A DNA stretch of 64,000 bases from an uncultured Verrucomicrobiae bacterium (GTDB lineage Bacteria > Verrucomicrobiota > Verrucomicrobiia > Limisphaerales > Palsa-1400). Each line of letters starts with the position of its first letter. The stretch's first letter is position 1. The DNA is taken from assembly GCA_963702845.1 (NCBI GenBank), contig OY969763.1, forward strand, positions 2,080,001-2,144,000, given 5' to 3'. Below, piece after piece: positions 11,308-21,384 of the stretch. A program made the position numbers and the translations under genes. Under the pieces are notes generated by a model. It was given only the letters and a program-made list of their open reading frames with translations, had not been told where the DNA came from and did no database searches.

Positions 11308-12011
11308 ACGGTAGTTGGAGGGCTAGGAGGTTGGTCAGAGCGGGACGCTAAGACCTGAAGCGGTTGCACAGCTCCAGTGCGCCAATTGAAGAGAATCGCC
11401 AGCAGGCGAAAGCCAAAGATCACAGCCATCGAAATCCACTCCGCAACCCTGGGTTTTACAAGAGTTCGGTACTCAAGCGAAAGGAACACCGCGCAACCCA
11501 GCAGCGATGCAATGACGTAAAACTGTCCCGGTTTGAAAAGCAACGGCTCTTCCCGGGTAAGGACGTCACGCAGCAAACCGCCGCCCGAAGCATTTACGAC
11601 ACCAACCATAATTGCTGAAGGCACACTCATTTCGGCATGAAGTCCCTTTAGCAACCCAACCATAGTATACGCGCTCAACCCAACAGCATCCAACACGGCG
11701 ATAACCCGGTGAAAACGAACGATCCAGTGGTTTACCACCCAGCCCAAAAAGCACGCTAAGACTATGATAGGCAGAAATTGCCAATTCTGTGTGAGCGCCG
11801 GAGGTCCGTTCTGGAGAAAAATGCCATCGCGAATCAAGCCGCCACCCGCTCCCGTGACCAGCGCCAGAATAAATACGCCGATGAAATCGTATCCCCGCCG
11901 CATTGCTGCGATAACTCCCGACATCGAGAACAACAGGATCGCCACCAGGTCAAAGCCAATCGGTATCCGGATCTGGTTCTGTTGCAAATATTCCCGAAGT
12001 TCGTAGCTCAC
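11304..12011 (-). CDS. Trimeric intracellular cation (TRIC)/UPF0126 channel family protein
   Basis: Duplicated GGGLIRD/GGGLLRD motifs and DAVGL; about 7 TM helices; ATGA overlap with the MFP gene. Confidence 0.9.
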   Translation of the reverse strand: MSYELREYLQQNQIRIPIGFDLVAILLFSMSGVIAAMRRGYDFIGVFILALVTGAGGGLIRDGIFLQNGPPALTQNWQFLPIIVLACFLGWVVNHWIVRFHRVIAVLDAVGLSAYTMVGLLKGLHAEMSVPSAIMVGVVNASGGGLLRDVLTREEPLLFKPGQFYVIASLLGCAVFLSLEYRTLVKPRVAEWISMAVIFGFRLLAILFNWRTGAVQPLQVLASRSDQPPSPPTTV

Positions 12012-12135
12012 ATTTTAGACTCCAGCGGCCCAAATATCTCGGACCGAAGAAAACCCGTTCGTTCTATTATTTAGTTTGCCACCGTTCTTTGACTGCCGTG
12101 ACATGTCAGTCGCATGCGCTGCTCGCCAACTTGGT

Positions 12136-13618
12136 TTAGTCTTCGAAAAGCTTCCAATTGAACCCAAGCTGAAGCCGAAACACATTGCCTGTCATCACTG
12201 TCTTTTACTTCTTTCTTTCCATACAGACCCTCAAATCCAATGCTCAGTCGCTTTCGGAGTTGATAGATCACGTTAAGCGCTAGAGTAGAAGGTTTTGTGG
12301 TAGGCCAGTGGGCCCTCAGAAAATTCGTTATCCAAATGGACGTATCCGACTGTTGCGGTCGACCGCCATTTATCCGTCCATTGATGGGTATAACCCAGCA
12401 TTCCGGAGAAGCATTTCATAGCCTCTAGTTTGCCCGAACTGTCGAAAGCCGCATCGCCGCCGTTAAATCCAGGGTAGGTAAAGTTGTCGTTCATATAATG
12501 AAAATAGCCACGACCGTAGGTGCCCTGCGCCTGTAGAGAGTCCTTGCAAAAAACGTTAAGACTTGTGGCAGCCATCAAGCCGTAGCCAAAGACGCTTTGC
12601 TTTCCAAGCTCTGGACTATCAGCACCAATATCGCGAAGAATTGCAGCGACTTGGACATGCCCGATTTTTTTGTCTTCCCATCGGAAGTTCAGGCCGCCAT
12701 CCGGTGCGTGATTCTCGGCGCATGACATTCGGAACATTGACCGTGTCAATATCAGAGGCAGGCTGCTGAATACCAAAGTTCACCTCCCAATGTTCGTTCA
12801 ACGCCAGCAGATACCGCACAGTCGCTTGTCGTGCGAATATCATTGAGTTCGGCCCTTCGAAATCGACAGTGTCCGGCCAAACGTCCGGATCTTCGAAAAT
12901 GCTGTAATGTAAAGCCGGCGGTAACATTGTAGTACTGTCCCCAGAGTTGCTTCAGGCGATAGCCAGCTTGAATACCTGTCCCGCCGCCAAAGAAATCGTT
13001 GTCGTAATAAAATCGCGGGTCGCCCGGAAAGTCAGGAGCCCTCACATCGACGCTCAGCGATGACCCGCGAGTGTTTGCATTAAATTGATTGCCGTGTCCG
13101 TAAGTTGACTCGCCTTTAACTGGAATTTGTGCAGTCACAAAGCGGTCCGGATTCCCGGAATTGCGATTATCGTCAGTAAAATCGGCCCGCACTCTTGCAT
13201 TGAATTTGAGAAACGCGGGCGTGTTTGGGATTGGGATATAACCCTTGTATTGCGGATCGAGAGTAACGTTGTCGGGACGCGGCGCGGATTGCTGGTAATC
13301 TTTGCCTGTTTCACGTAGAGTGATTTGGCTCGCCTGCGGCGCGACCGTAATTGTTGGCACCACGAAATGAACCCCTGCCTTGTTCGTTATCCCGAGTGTT
13401 GCAGCTACGGATTGTAGCGACGGCGGCTGCTCTTCTTTTTTTGCCTGCGGTTGTTCTTTTTTTAAATCATTAATCTGCTGCTGCATATTGGTGACCATTT
13501 GCTGCATCGCTTGCAGTTGTGCCTGCAACTGCTCAATAGATGGGGTTTGCGTCTGTGCTCTCGCGACGCATGTTAGCGTCGCGCACAGAGCGATGAGGAG
13601 TCGTTGCTTGATTTTCAT
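12136..13618 (-). CDS. DcaP-family outer-membrane porin with N-terminal coiled coil; about 4 frameshifts
   Basis: Signal peptide plus Q-rich coiled coil; fragments in successive frames (RFVTAQIPV, YRLKQLWGQY, WPDTVDFEGPNSMIFARQ, GYTHQWTDKWRST, GNVFRLQLGFNWKLFED*) reconstruct one beta-barrel. Confidence 0.75.
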
Positions 13619-13619
13619 G

Positions 13620-14834
13620 TTATCGAGAACTGATCCGGGCGTTTACGTGGGGAGAACCGAAAATGTTTAAACCGAGCTGGGTATCGATGTAGTTGATCGC
13701 TTCCGTCGCTCGTATGCTGTTGCCCGCTTCGTTAAGAGGAGGCGCAAAACCAACGATCGCCATTTTCCCTGGCACTACGGCTACGATCCCGCCACCAACG
13801 CCGGTTTTGGCCGGAAGACCTGCGGTGTAAGCCCATTGACCCGATTCATCGTAGAAACCCGCCATGGTCATGACAGCCAGAACGCGAGGGACGTGTTTTT
13901 CGTCAAGGCAACGCTCCTTGGTTTTCGGATTAACGCCGCCATTGGCCAGCGTCGCTCCCATCATCGCAAGCTGCTTCGCGGTCACGCCGATCGAGCATTG
14001 CTTTGTATAAACATCACAAGCCTCAGGCCCGTCACAAAAAAGGTTTTTATTGTTCAACAGAATCTCTGCGATACCGCGATTGCGGAAATTCGATTCAGCT
14101 TCGGATTTATAGACTTCGTCGATCAGTTTGAGTTCTTCGCCGGCAAATTTGCTTTGGTAAGCGAGAATTTTTTGCCATCGGTCATCCGCGCCGCTGGCTT
14201 TGACCAGGCTGACACTGGCGATAGCCCCGGCGTTGACGAGAGGGTTGATCGCTTTGTTATCGTGCAGGCCCAACGCAACAATGGAGTTGAACGGCATTCC
14301 TGTCGGTTCCACTCCGATTTTCTTTAACACCGCTTCCTCACCGAATTCCTGCATCACTTGCGCGAGCGTGAACACTTTCGAGCAGGATTGGATCGAGAAC
14401 GAATAATCGACATCGCCGGCGGTATACACGTGTCCGTCTACCGTCACGATCGCAACTCCGAACAACTTCGAAGGAACACTCGCGAGATACGGAATATAAT
14501 CCGCGTTTTTGCCCGAGTTGTCGTTTTGAAAACGCTGATGCGCTTCATCGACGACTCGTTGCAATGTATCAGCCGACGGCATATTTGCCGCTGTTGTGCT
14601 CGACCCCGCCGGTTCCAAAGGCGTTATCTTCGTCGGGGCCTCATAAGTAATTGTCCCCGATGTCGCTGTCTGTATCGGTGCGGTCGAACCTATATGAGTC
14701 GTCGTGCTAATGCTGGTATAACTCGGCGACCCTTTTTTGTTTTCTTTCGTTGAGCATGCAACCAGCAGTGAACAGCACAACGCTGTGACCGCTGTGCCGA
14801 AAACAAAACGATGAATGACACTAGTTGATTTCAT
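13620..14834 (-). CDS. glsA: Glutaminase A with lipoprotein signal and Ser/Thr-rich linker
   Basis: GKNADYIPYLA, FSIQSCSK (catalytic S-x-x-K), NPLVNAGAI, YTKQCS and GLPAKTGVGGGI motifs; lipobox LLVAC. Confidence 0.95.
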   Translation of the reverse strand: MKSTSVIHRFVFGTAVTALCCSLLVACSTKENKKGSPSYTSISTTTHIGSTAPIQTATSGTITYEAPTKITPLEPAGSSTTAANMPSADTLQRVVDEAHQRFQNDNSGKNADYIPYLASVPSKLFGVAIVTVDGHVYTAGDVDYSFSIQSCSKVFTLAQVMQEFGEEAVLKKIGVEPTGMPFNSIVALGLHDNKAINPLVNAGAIASVSLVKASGADDRWQKILAYQSKFAGEELKLIDEVYKSEAESNFRNRGIAEILLNNKNLFCDGPEACDVYTKQCSIGVTAKQLAMMGATLANGGVNPKTKERCLDEKHVPRVLAVMTMAGFYDESGQWAYTAGLPAKTGVGGGIVAVVPGKMAIVGFAPPLNEAGNSIRATEAINYIDTQLGLNIFGSPHVNARISSR

Positions 14835-14855
14835 AACATTCCCCTTTGGTTCGAA

Positions 14856-15914
14856 TTAATATTGATAGAACAGTTCTTGCAGCTGTTTAGGTTCCTGCGT
14901 TTGCGTCAGCCCGAGCATAAGAAGAATGCGCGCCTTTTGTGGATTGAGTTCCATCGCCGCAATGAAACCCATGTCGTCGTCCTTGATTTCGACATTCCGA
15001 TCCACGATTCCGCTACCCACGCGCGAACTGCGAACCACAGCCACTCCCTGCTGCGCCGCTTTTTTCAAAGCCTCTAATGCGGCGTCAGTCGTGTTGCCGT
15101 CGCCCACGCCAGCCAGGATAATTCCCTTGGCGCCGCGTTTTACAGCGTCTTGGATCGTGTTGCCTCCGAAGTTCGCGTAGGAATAAACAATTTCGACATA
15201 CGGCAGTTTGTCCACGGTGAGATCGTCAACTGAGAACTGGCTTTGTGTTGTGCGCTTTGTCGTCAGCGGATCGTAGAAGTAGGCCTTGCCCACATTCATC
15301 ACCCCCGCAACTCCGCGATTGGGCGATTTAAAAGTGTCCAGGTGCGTCGTGTGTGTTTTCGTTGTCTCGCGACCGTACTGGAAATTGTCATTGAGAACGA
15401 CTAACGGTCCGAGACCTTTTGCACGCGGATTTCCAGCCAGGGCGACCCCATTGTACAAATTCGCTGGCCCATCCGCGCTGATCGCCGTTGCCGGACGCAT
15501 TGATCCGACCAGGATCACGGGCTTGTCACTCTTGACTACCAGGCTGAGGAAGTAGGCCGTCTCCTCCATTGTGTCTGTTCCGTGAGTGATCACGACCCCA
15601 TCAGTGTCGCCGGCCAAAACTTCATTAACCCGTTTCGCAAGCTTCAGCCAAACCTCGTGGTTCATCGTTTGCGAGCCGATGTTTGCCACCTGTTCGCCTG
15701 AAAGTTCTGCAAGGTTGGTCATGGCCGGCACGGCTTTGATGAGATCATCCACGGAAAATGTCCCGGATTTATAGCCGGCCTCCGCTGTGCTTGATTGCGC
15801 CCCGGCAATCGTTCCACCGGTGGCAAGAATCTTGATTTTAGGTTTCCCATCGGCCGCGAGCGTTATCGCCAAAGCCGCCAACACCCCAATCGCACACACG
15901 TGTAATCTTTTCAT
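14856..15914 (-). CDS. ansB: Type II (exported) L-asparaginase/glutaminase-asparaginase
   Basis: Signal peptide; ATGGTIAG, HGTDTMEET, GSMRP, SADGPANL and LNPQKARILLML motifs. Confidence 0.93.
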   Translation of the reverse strand: MKRLHVCAIGVLAALAITLAADGKPKIKILATGGTIAGAQSSTAEAGYKSGTFSVDDLIKAVPAMTNLAELSGEQVANIGSQTMNHEVWLKLAKRVNEVLAGDTDGVVITHGTDTMEETAYFLSLVVKSDKPVILVGSMRPATAISADGPANLYNGVALAGNPRAKGLGPLVVLNDNFQYGRETTKTHTTHLDTFKSPNRGVAGVMNVGKAYFYDPLTTKRTTQSQFSVDDLTVDKLPYVEIVYSYANFGGNTIQDAVKRGAKGIILAGVGDGNTTDAALEALKKAAQQGVAVVRSSRVGSGIVDRNVEIKDDDMGFIAAMELNPQKARILLMLGLTQTQEPKQLQELFYQY

Positions 15915-16332
15915 ACGACTGCGACGCTATTCCTCGGCCGCGTTTCAGAACATCATCGTTCGGTTGTTAATGCTCATCATCTGAACGTGTCTGTCCTCCT
16001 CAGCTTCTTCCTTAACAGTTGAAATAGGCATCGCAAGCTTGCGGAGACATGGGTAGGCATAGGAAAACTGTTTGTATAAATTCGCGAATCACGAGCCATC
16101 AGTAATTTCCCTGAGGCGTGCTACCAGGATGTCTGACCTCGCAATACCAGAAAGGTGTTATAGGAGTCTGATTGAGGCGTTGGGAATCAGGCTTAGGGTA
16201 CTTTTGACGGGGGACGTTTTCGTTTCGTGTGTGAGAAACTCCACAAGCAGCAAAGGCTTGGGGCATTTGTCTCGGAACGGGATGTCGAGGAGATCGCTAG
16301 GAAAGTAAACATGTTAGAACAAGGAGGAGTCC

Positions 16333-17469
16333 ATGAGCGTAAACATTATTGATATGGTAAAGAGCCAGCTCGGGGGAGCTGCGGTTAACAAACTAAGTTC
16401 GTTTCTTGGCGAATCGAGTGAGAACACCCAGTCCGCACTTGGGGCGACCATTCCAACGTTGCTGGCGGGCCTAACCCATGCCGCGTCAACGCCCGAAGGC
16501 GCACAGAAGTTATCGGATGCGGCTGCGGAACATGAAAATGCGTTGTCGAATTATGGTGATTCGATCTCTTCGCAAGGTGAGTCTATCGCGAGCAAAGGTT
16601 CTTCGGCGTTGAGCTCGTTGCTTGGAGGTGGAATGTCATCGGGCATTGCATCGGTTCTTGGTCGATTCACGGGTTTAAGTGGTAGTACCACCAGCCGTCT
16701 CATCGGTTTGGCGACGCCACTCCTTTTTGGCATCCTGGGCAAGTATCAGCGCAGCACGGGACTTAATGCCACCGGGTTGAGCGGTTTTCTCAGCAGTCAA
16801 AAGCAGAATATCACGGGAGCAATGCCGGCAGGATTGAGCAGCATGCTGGGCAGTATTCCCGGGCTCAGCGGGTTTGCCAAGACGGAAGCACCCGAAGTCG
16901 GTGCCACGGAAAAAACCGCGTATGAACGACCGACTTACGATACGTCACGCAAGGTCGAGGCTGAGCCTGTTGGCGCAAGCGGCAAGAAATGGGGGATTGG
17001 AGTTGCGGCAGCGCTCGCAGCCCTCGGATTGGTGTGGGCCGTCTCAAATCATCGTCGCGCTGAGGAACCGCGAGTTGCTCAAACGACACCGATGATAACC
17101 GAGCCGGCGGGAAGTCAGACACCGCAAGTGTCTTCACTGAAAAGCGGATTGAACGAGACGCTTTCCAGCGTGAATACAACCTTGAATGGAATTACAGATC
17201 CGGCCTCGGCCGACAAAGCGATGCCCGAACTGAATCAGTTGAACGGCAAACTTACCGATCTCCACTCGAGCTGGGACACGTTGCCGGATGCGGTAAAGTC
17301 TACTGCCGCATCGCCGATACAGTCGATGTCAGGAACCATTAATGACAGTATAGCCAAGGTCCGAGCCATGCCCGGCGTTGGCGATAAGCTCAAGCCAGTG
17401 CTCGACGAACTTGATAAGAATCTGTCCGGTTTTAACATGGCGAGCCCAGCTCCAACTCCAGCTCCGTAA
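16333..17469 (+). CDS. DUF937-domain membrane-anchored protein
   Basis: N-terminal helical DUF937-like region (SALGATIPTLLAGL, LSSLLGGG), a single TM helix and a C-terminal helical domain; AAGGAGG RBS. Confidence 0.8.
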   Translation: MSVNIIDMVKSQLGGAAVNKLSSFLGESSENTQSALGATIPTLLAGLTHAASTPEGAQKLSDAAAEHENALSNYGDSISSQGESIASKGSSALSSLLGGGMSSGIASVLGRFTGLSGSTTSRLIGLATPLLFGILGKYQRSTGLNATGLSGFLSSQKQNITGAMPAGLSSMLGSIPGLSGFAKTEAPEVGATEKTAYERPTYDTSRKVEAEPVGASGKKWGIGVAAALAALGLVWAVSNHRRAEEPRVAQTTPMITEPAGSQTPQVSSLKSGLNETLSSVNTTLNGITDPASADKAMPELNQLNGKLTDLHSSWDTLPDAVKSTAASPIQSMSGTINDSIAKVRAMPGVGDKLKPVLDELDKNLSGFNMASPAPTPAP

Positions 17470-17864
17470 GTGAAACCTGGCGTGTGGTTGAGGGCGTTCA
17501 AACGACGGCCTGAGGTGTTTTGCATTTTGTGAGCATCTCAGGCCGATAGTCCTGCCGACGTTGACTTATCCACGATACGCTCTCTTTGATGCTCAGGAGT
17601 TCTTTCCGGGAGGAATGTTTTTTTCGACAGTGTGTTCGTCAATACAGCACGACTGTTATCCGGGCCGGAGAGTTAGAACTTGCTTTGTAGTTATTCATAT
17701 ACTGGTGGACGTAGTTCCTTCATTGCACGCCTGCCAGCATTTCATGCCATCTATCATTTGACCTGCTTGCTGCCGGTTCCAAGCTAGGCGCTGGATTGGG
17801 TTTATTGCAAGGGGTGGGGCGGTGTTGTATTTTGAACCTTCAGGGAAAGGAAGTAGGTTTGAAA

Positions 17865-19264
17865 ATGGGCATTCGCCATATCTTCGGCGCACCAGTATTT
17901 GCGGATGAAGAGCAAACGCGTCGAGTATGGGTATTGCATGTCATCCTCTGGACCTTCCTGCTTCTCGGCATCGTGGCGTTTGTGGCGAACATGTTGATAT
18001 TGCCTCAACACAAGGCGCGATGGATAGGGCTCACTGCCTCGTTCGGTCTCATTAGTGTTGTGTTGATTTTGCTAAACCGCCGCGGTCGCACGCGGATGGC
18101 GGCTGTTTTGTTGCTCGCGGTGCTTTGGTTGATGTCGGTGGTGCTGGCTTTGATCTCGGGCGGCGTTCACTCAGTTGTCAGTTTAGCCTGGGTCGTTTAC
18201 GTGCTGGTGGCTGGACTGCTGTTCGGCGACAAAGCGGGAGTCATTGCGGCGATTGTTTTCAGCCTCCCCGGGTTGACCTTCCTGGAGCTGGAAGCGGCGG
18301 GCCGGCTCCCCACCAGCAGGTTGGCTCATACGCCACTTTCACTTTGGGTAGTTCAAGTCTTTTTACCTCGGGCTCGTAGCCGGTTTTCAATTTTTGGCCA
18401 ATCGCTCAATCAAGGCCGCCCTGGAACGCGCGCGACACGAGTTGGGGGGTACGGCGGCAAACTGAAATAGCTTTGCGGCAATCCCGCGACGAATTGGAAA
18501 CGCGCGTTCGGGAGCGCACCGCTGAATTGCAGAATGTGAACAAGGAACTGGAGGCGTTCACTCATTCGGTTTCTCATGATTTACGCGCCCCATTGCGAGC
18601 CGTGAATGGTTTCACCAGTATATTGATCGAGGAACATGCTCATGGCATGCCCGCCGATGCTCAGGAACTATTATCCGGCATCAAGGCCGGTTCGCAGAGG
18701 ATGGAGGAACTGATTCGGGATCTTTTGAACCTGTCCCGAATCGACCGCCAACCATTGATTACCCAGACCGTGAACCTCACCAATCTTGTCCATAAAACGT
18801 TCGAAGAACTTCGCGAACAACGACAGGGTCGTGACATCGAGATCCAAGTGGAGCGTTTGCCGGACTGCATCGGAGACCCTTCCTTGCTGCAACAGGTGTT
18901 TGTTAATTTACTTTCTAACGCCATCAAGTTTACTGCCCGTCAGGAGAAAGCTTCGATCGTCGTGGGCTCCAAAACTGAAGCGGGAGATACCATCTACTTT
19001 GTGAAGGACAACGGGGTCGGTTTTGACATGCGTAATGCCGAAAAGCTCTTTGGCGCTTTTCAGCGCCTGCACAGCGCCAAACAGTTTGCGGGAACCGGTG
19101 TCGGTCTCTCAATTGTCCAACGCATCGTCCATCGTCACGGCGGACGAATCTGGGCCGAGTCGGCAGTGAATCAGGGCACGACCTTTTATTTTACGCTGCC
19201 GCTTTCCAAAACCGGTGACGGGAAGTGGGCGAGTCAAAAAGGATTCACTCCTCAACATGGTTAA
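17865..19264 (+). CDS. Membrane sensor histidine kinase, frameshifted near 18360-18450
   Basis: Multi-TM N-terminus (ORF 17796..18470) continues into HisKA H-box SHDLRAPLR, N-box NLLSNAIKF and G-boxes DNGVGF and GTGVGL (ORF 18473..19264). Confidence 0.88.
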
Positions 19265-19380
19265 TTTTGCGGGGCCACTTGTCTCTCCCGTCTGGACAAA
19301 TTCCTCGTCGAATTAGTGAGAATCCAAGATCTACTCGTCGCAATCCGAGTAAATGCTTGGATTCTCCGTGTTTGATACGA

Positions 19381-19647
19381 TTAAACCTCAACGTTTCGAT
19401 TACGCTTGGTGAACATGCGATAGACCCACAGCAAGATAACCGCGCCGACGATCGATGCGATGAAACCCGCCGACTCGCCTGTACTATACCAACCAACGGC
19501 GCGTCCGAGGTAATACGCGACAAACGAACCCGCGATACCAAGCAGTGCTGTGATCACAAACCCGCCCGGATCCCGGCCCGGCATCAGCAATTTCGCGATG
19601 ACACCGACGATCAAACCGATAACGATCATTCCTAATATTTGCATCAT
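19381..19647 (-). CDS. GlsB/YeaQ/YmgE (transglycosylase-associated) stress membrane protein
   Basis: IGLIVGVIAKLLMPGRDPGGF...LGIAGSFV...SIVGAVILL signature; GGAGG RBS. Confidence 0.92.
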   Translation of the reverse strand: MMQILGMIVIGLIVGVIAKLLMPGRDPGGFVITALLGIAGSFVAYYLGRAVGWYSTGESAGFIASIVGAVILLWVYRMFTKRNRNVEV

Positions 19648-19710
19648 AATAATTCCTCCTGTTTGTTAAAGCGTACGTGGGTCGCGAATTTCAACAACAC
19701 CACTGGCGTG

Positions 19711-19727
19711 CTAGGAAAAAACCCTAG
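19711..19727. promoter_or_regulatory. Short inverted repeat CTAGG-N7-CCTAG in divergent intergenic region, possible operator
   Basis: Sits between the divergent glsB-like and comEA-like genes; arms are only 5 bp. Confidence 0.25.
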
Positions 19728-19929
19728 GTCTATATCATCTGGTCAAAACGGGCTTGCCTCGATTTGGCGGAGAGGGAGTGCCTGAGTGCGTATGACGCAT
19801 CGGGCTCGGCATGAATTTCAAGGTCTACCCTCAAATATTATGCAATACCGGATGTCACGAACCGCAAAGCCCCTCGGATTGCGTTTCCGCCACCGCAACC
19901 TAGTTTACCAACTCAGGAGGAATCAAACT

Positions 19930-20757
19930 ATGAATTCAAAGGGTATTTCTTTTCGGGTTGTTGTCGCCTCGCTGTTCCTGGCGGCTTTCACATTTATAAC
20001 GCTGGCGGCCGATACAACGACGGGTAAAACAAAAGCATCTGGCGCCGATAAAAATGCTTCAACGGCAAAAGTGGATATCAACACCGCAAGCGAAGCCGAA
20101 TTACAGACACTTCCGGGCGTCGGCAAATCAACCGTTAAAAAAATCATTTCGCACAGGCCTTATGCGTCGGTCTCGGATCTTAAGAAAGCGGGCGTTTCCG
20201 CGAAGTCGATCCAAAAAATTGAACCTCTCGCCAGCGCGGGAGCAGCAAGCTCACGAATATCTGAACCCGCCGGCGCGGCGCCAACAACCAGCCGGTCCCA
20301 TTCTGCAAACGCTGATGCCACGGGCAAAAAGGCCTCGACGGCAAAAGTTGATCTCAACACCGCGAGCGAAGCCGAATTACAAACGCTTCCGGGCGTCGGC
20401 AAATCAACCGCTAAAAAAATCATGTCGAACAGACCTTACGCGTCGGTCTCGGATCTTAAAAAAGCCGGCGTTTCCGCAAAGACGATCCAAAAAATTGAGC
20501 CTCTCGCAAGTGCAGGAACTGCAAGCTCACGAATATCCGAACCCGCCGGCGCAGCGCCAACAACCAGCCGGTCCCATTCTGCAAACGCCGATGCTGCGGC
20601 CGCCGACAAAGGGATGGTTTGGGCTAACACAGATTCGAAAGTGTTCCATCGTCCCGGCGACCCCTGGTATGGCAAAACGAAACAAGGCGCGTATATGACG
20701 GAGAAAGAAGCCATCTCCGCCGGTTATCACGAATCAAAACAATCAGGGGAGAAATAA
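19930..20757 (+). CDS. Secreted ComEA-like protein with two helix-hairpin-helix modules and a C-terminal VWANT..VFH..WYGKTK.G.YM domain
   Basis: AGGAGG RBS before ATG 19930; signal peptide; two copies of VD[IL]NTASEAELQTLPGVG. Confidence 0.85.
   Translation: MNSKGISFRVVVASLFLAAFTFITLAADTTTGKTKASGADKNASTAKVDINTASEAELQTLPGVGKSTVKKIISHRPYASVSDLKKAGVSAKSIQKIEPLASAGAASSRISEPAGAAPTTSRSHSANADATGKKASTAKVDLNTASEAELQTLPGVGKSTAKKIMSNRPYASVSDLKKAGVSAKTIQKIEPLASAGTASSRISEPAGAAPTTSRSHSANADAAAADKGMVWANTDSKVFHRPGDPWYGKTKQGAYMTEKEAISAGYHESKQSGEK
20056..20594 (+). repeat. Intragenic tandem duplication, 276-bp unit, about 2 copies
   Basis: GCTTCAACGGCAAAAGTGGAT at 20056 recurs as GCCTCGACGGCAAAAGTTGAT at 20332; near-identical 92-aa units. 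Confidence 0.92.
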
Positions 20758-20762
20758 AGGCT

Positions 20763-21158
20763 ATGGGATTATTGGATACAGTCATCGGCAAACAGGCCAC
20801 AGGCGATCAGGGTGGTCTGGCAAGCAGCGTCATGCACCTGTTGACTGAAGGCGGGGGCGGCGGCTTAAACGGCCTGGTGCAGTCCTTTGAATCGCAGGGC
20901 CTGGGTCAAATCGTTTCGTCCTGGGTTGGCAAAGGAGAAAATAAGCCGATCTCACCGGACGAGGTCGAACAGGGTCTGGGATCCGAGCGCCTTCAGCATA
21001 TTGCAGGTCATTCGGGGATTCCCGTTGAAGATGTCAAAGCGGCTCTCGCCAATATACTTCCGGGCCTCATTGACAAACTCACACCGGACGGCAAGGTGCC
21101 CGAAGGCGGATTATTAGAAAAGGCACTATCCATCCTGAAGACGCGGACCGCGAGCTGA
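20763..21158 (+). CDS. YidB-family protein
   Basis: GGLNGLVQSF, GLGQIVSSWVGKGENKPIS and LPGLIDKLTPDG motifs. Confidence 0.92.
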   Translation: MGLLDTVIGKQATGDQGGLASSVMHLLTEGGGGGLNGLVQSFESQGLGQIVSSWVGKGENKPISPDEVEQGLGSERLQHIAGHSGIPVEDVKAALANILPGLIDKLTPDGKVPEGGLLEKALSILKTRTAS

Positions 21159-21192
21159 AAGTCGACGCGAGAATGGTTATTGGCCCATACTG

Positions 21193-21335
21193 TTATTTCA
21201 CCTTCTCGATGTCGCCGGGTTTCCAGGTCTTGTTGATGGCGGCTTCTGTCGGACTATAGAGTCGGAGGATGGCGAAATATCCTTTGCCGGGAACGGTTGC
21301 CACCAGTTGTCTTCCTCATCGGGTTCGTCCTAAAG
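21193..21335 (-). pseudogene. Remnant of the C-terminus of a DUF1254/DUF1214 protein
   Basis: Minus strand reads ...DNW/(frameshift)ATVPGKGYFAILRLYSPTEAAINKTWKPGDIEKVK*; no start or upstream coding region. Confidence 0.75.
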
Positions 21336-21384
21336 TGCTTGGTGAGCAATTGCTGGAAAACTTTCAGCCGTTCCATCAAGCTGT

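Noticed and set aside
17561..17860. Short ORFs between DUF937 and the histidine kinase
   Set aside because: No RBS or motif support; likely intergenic
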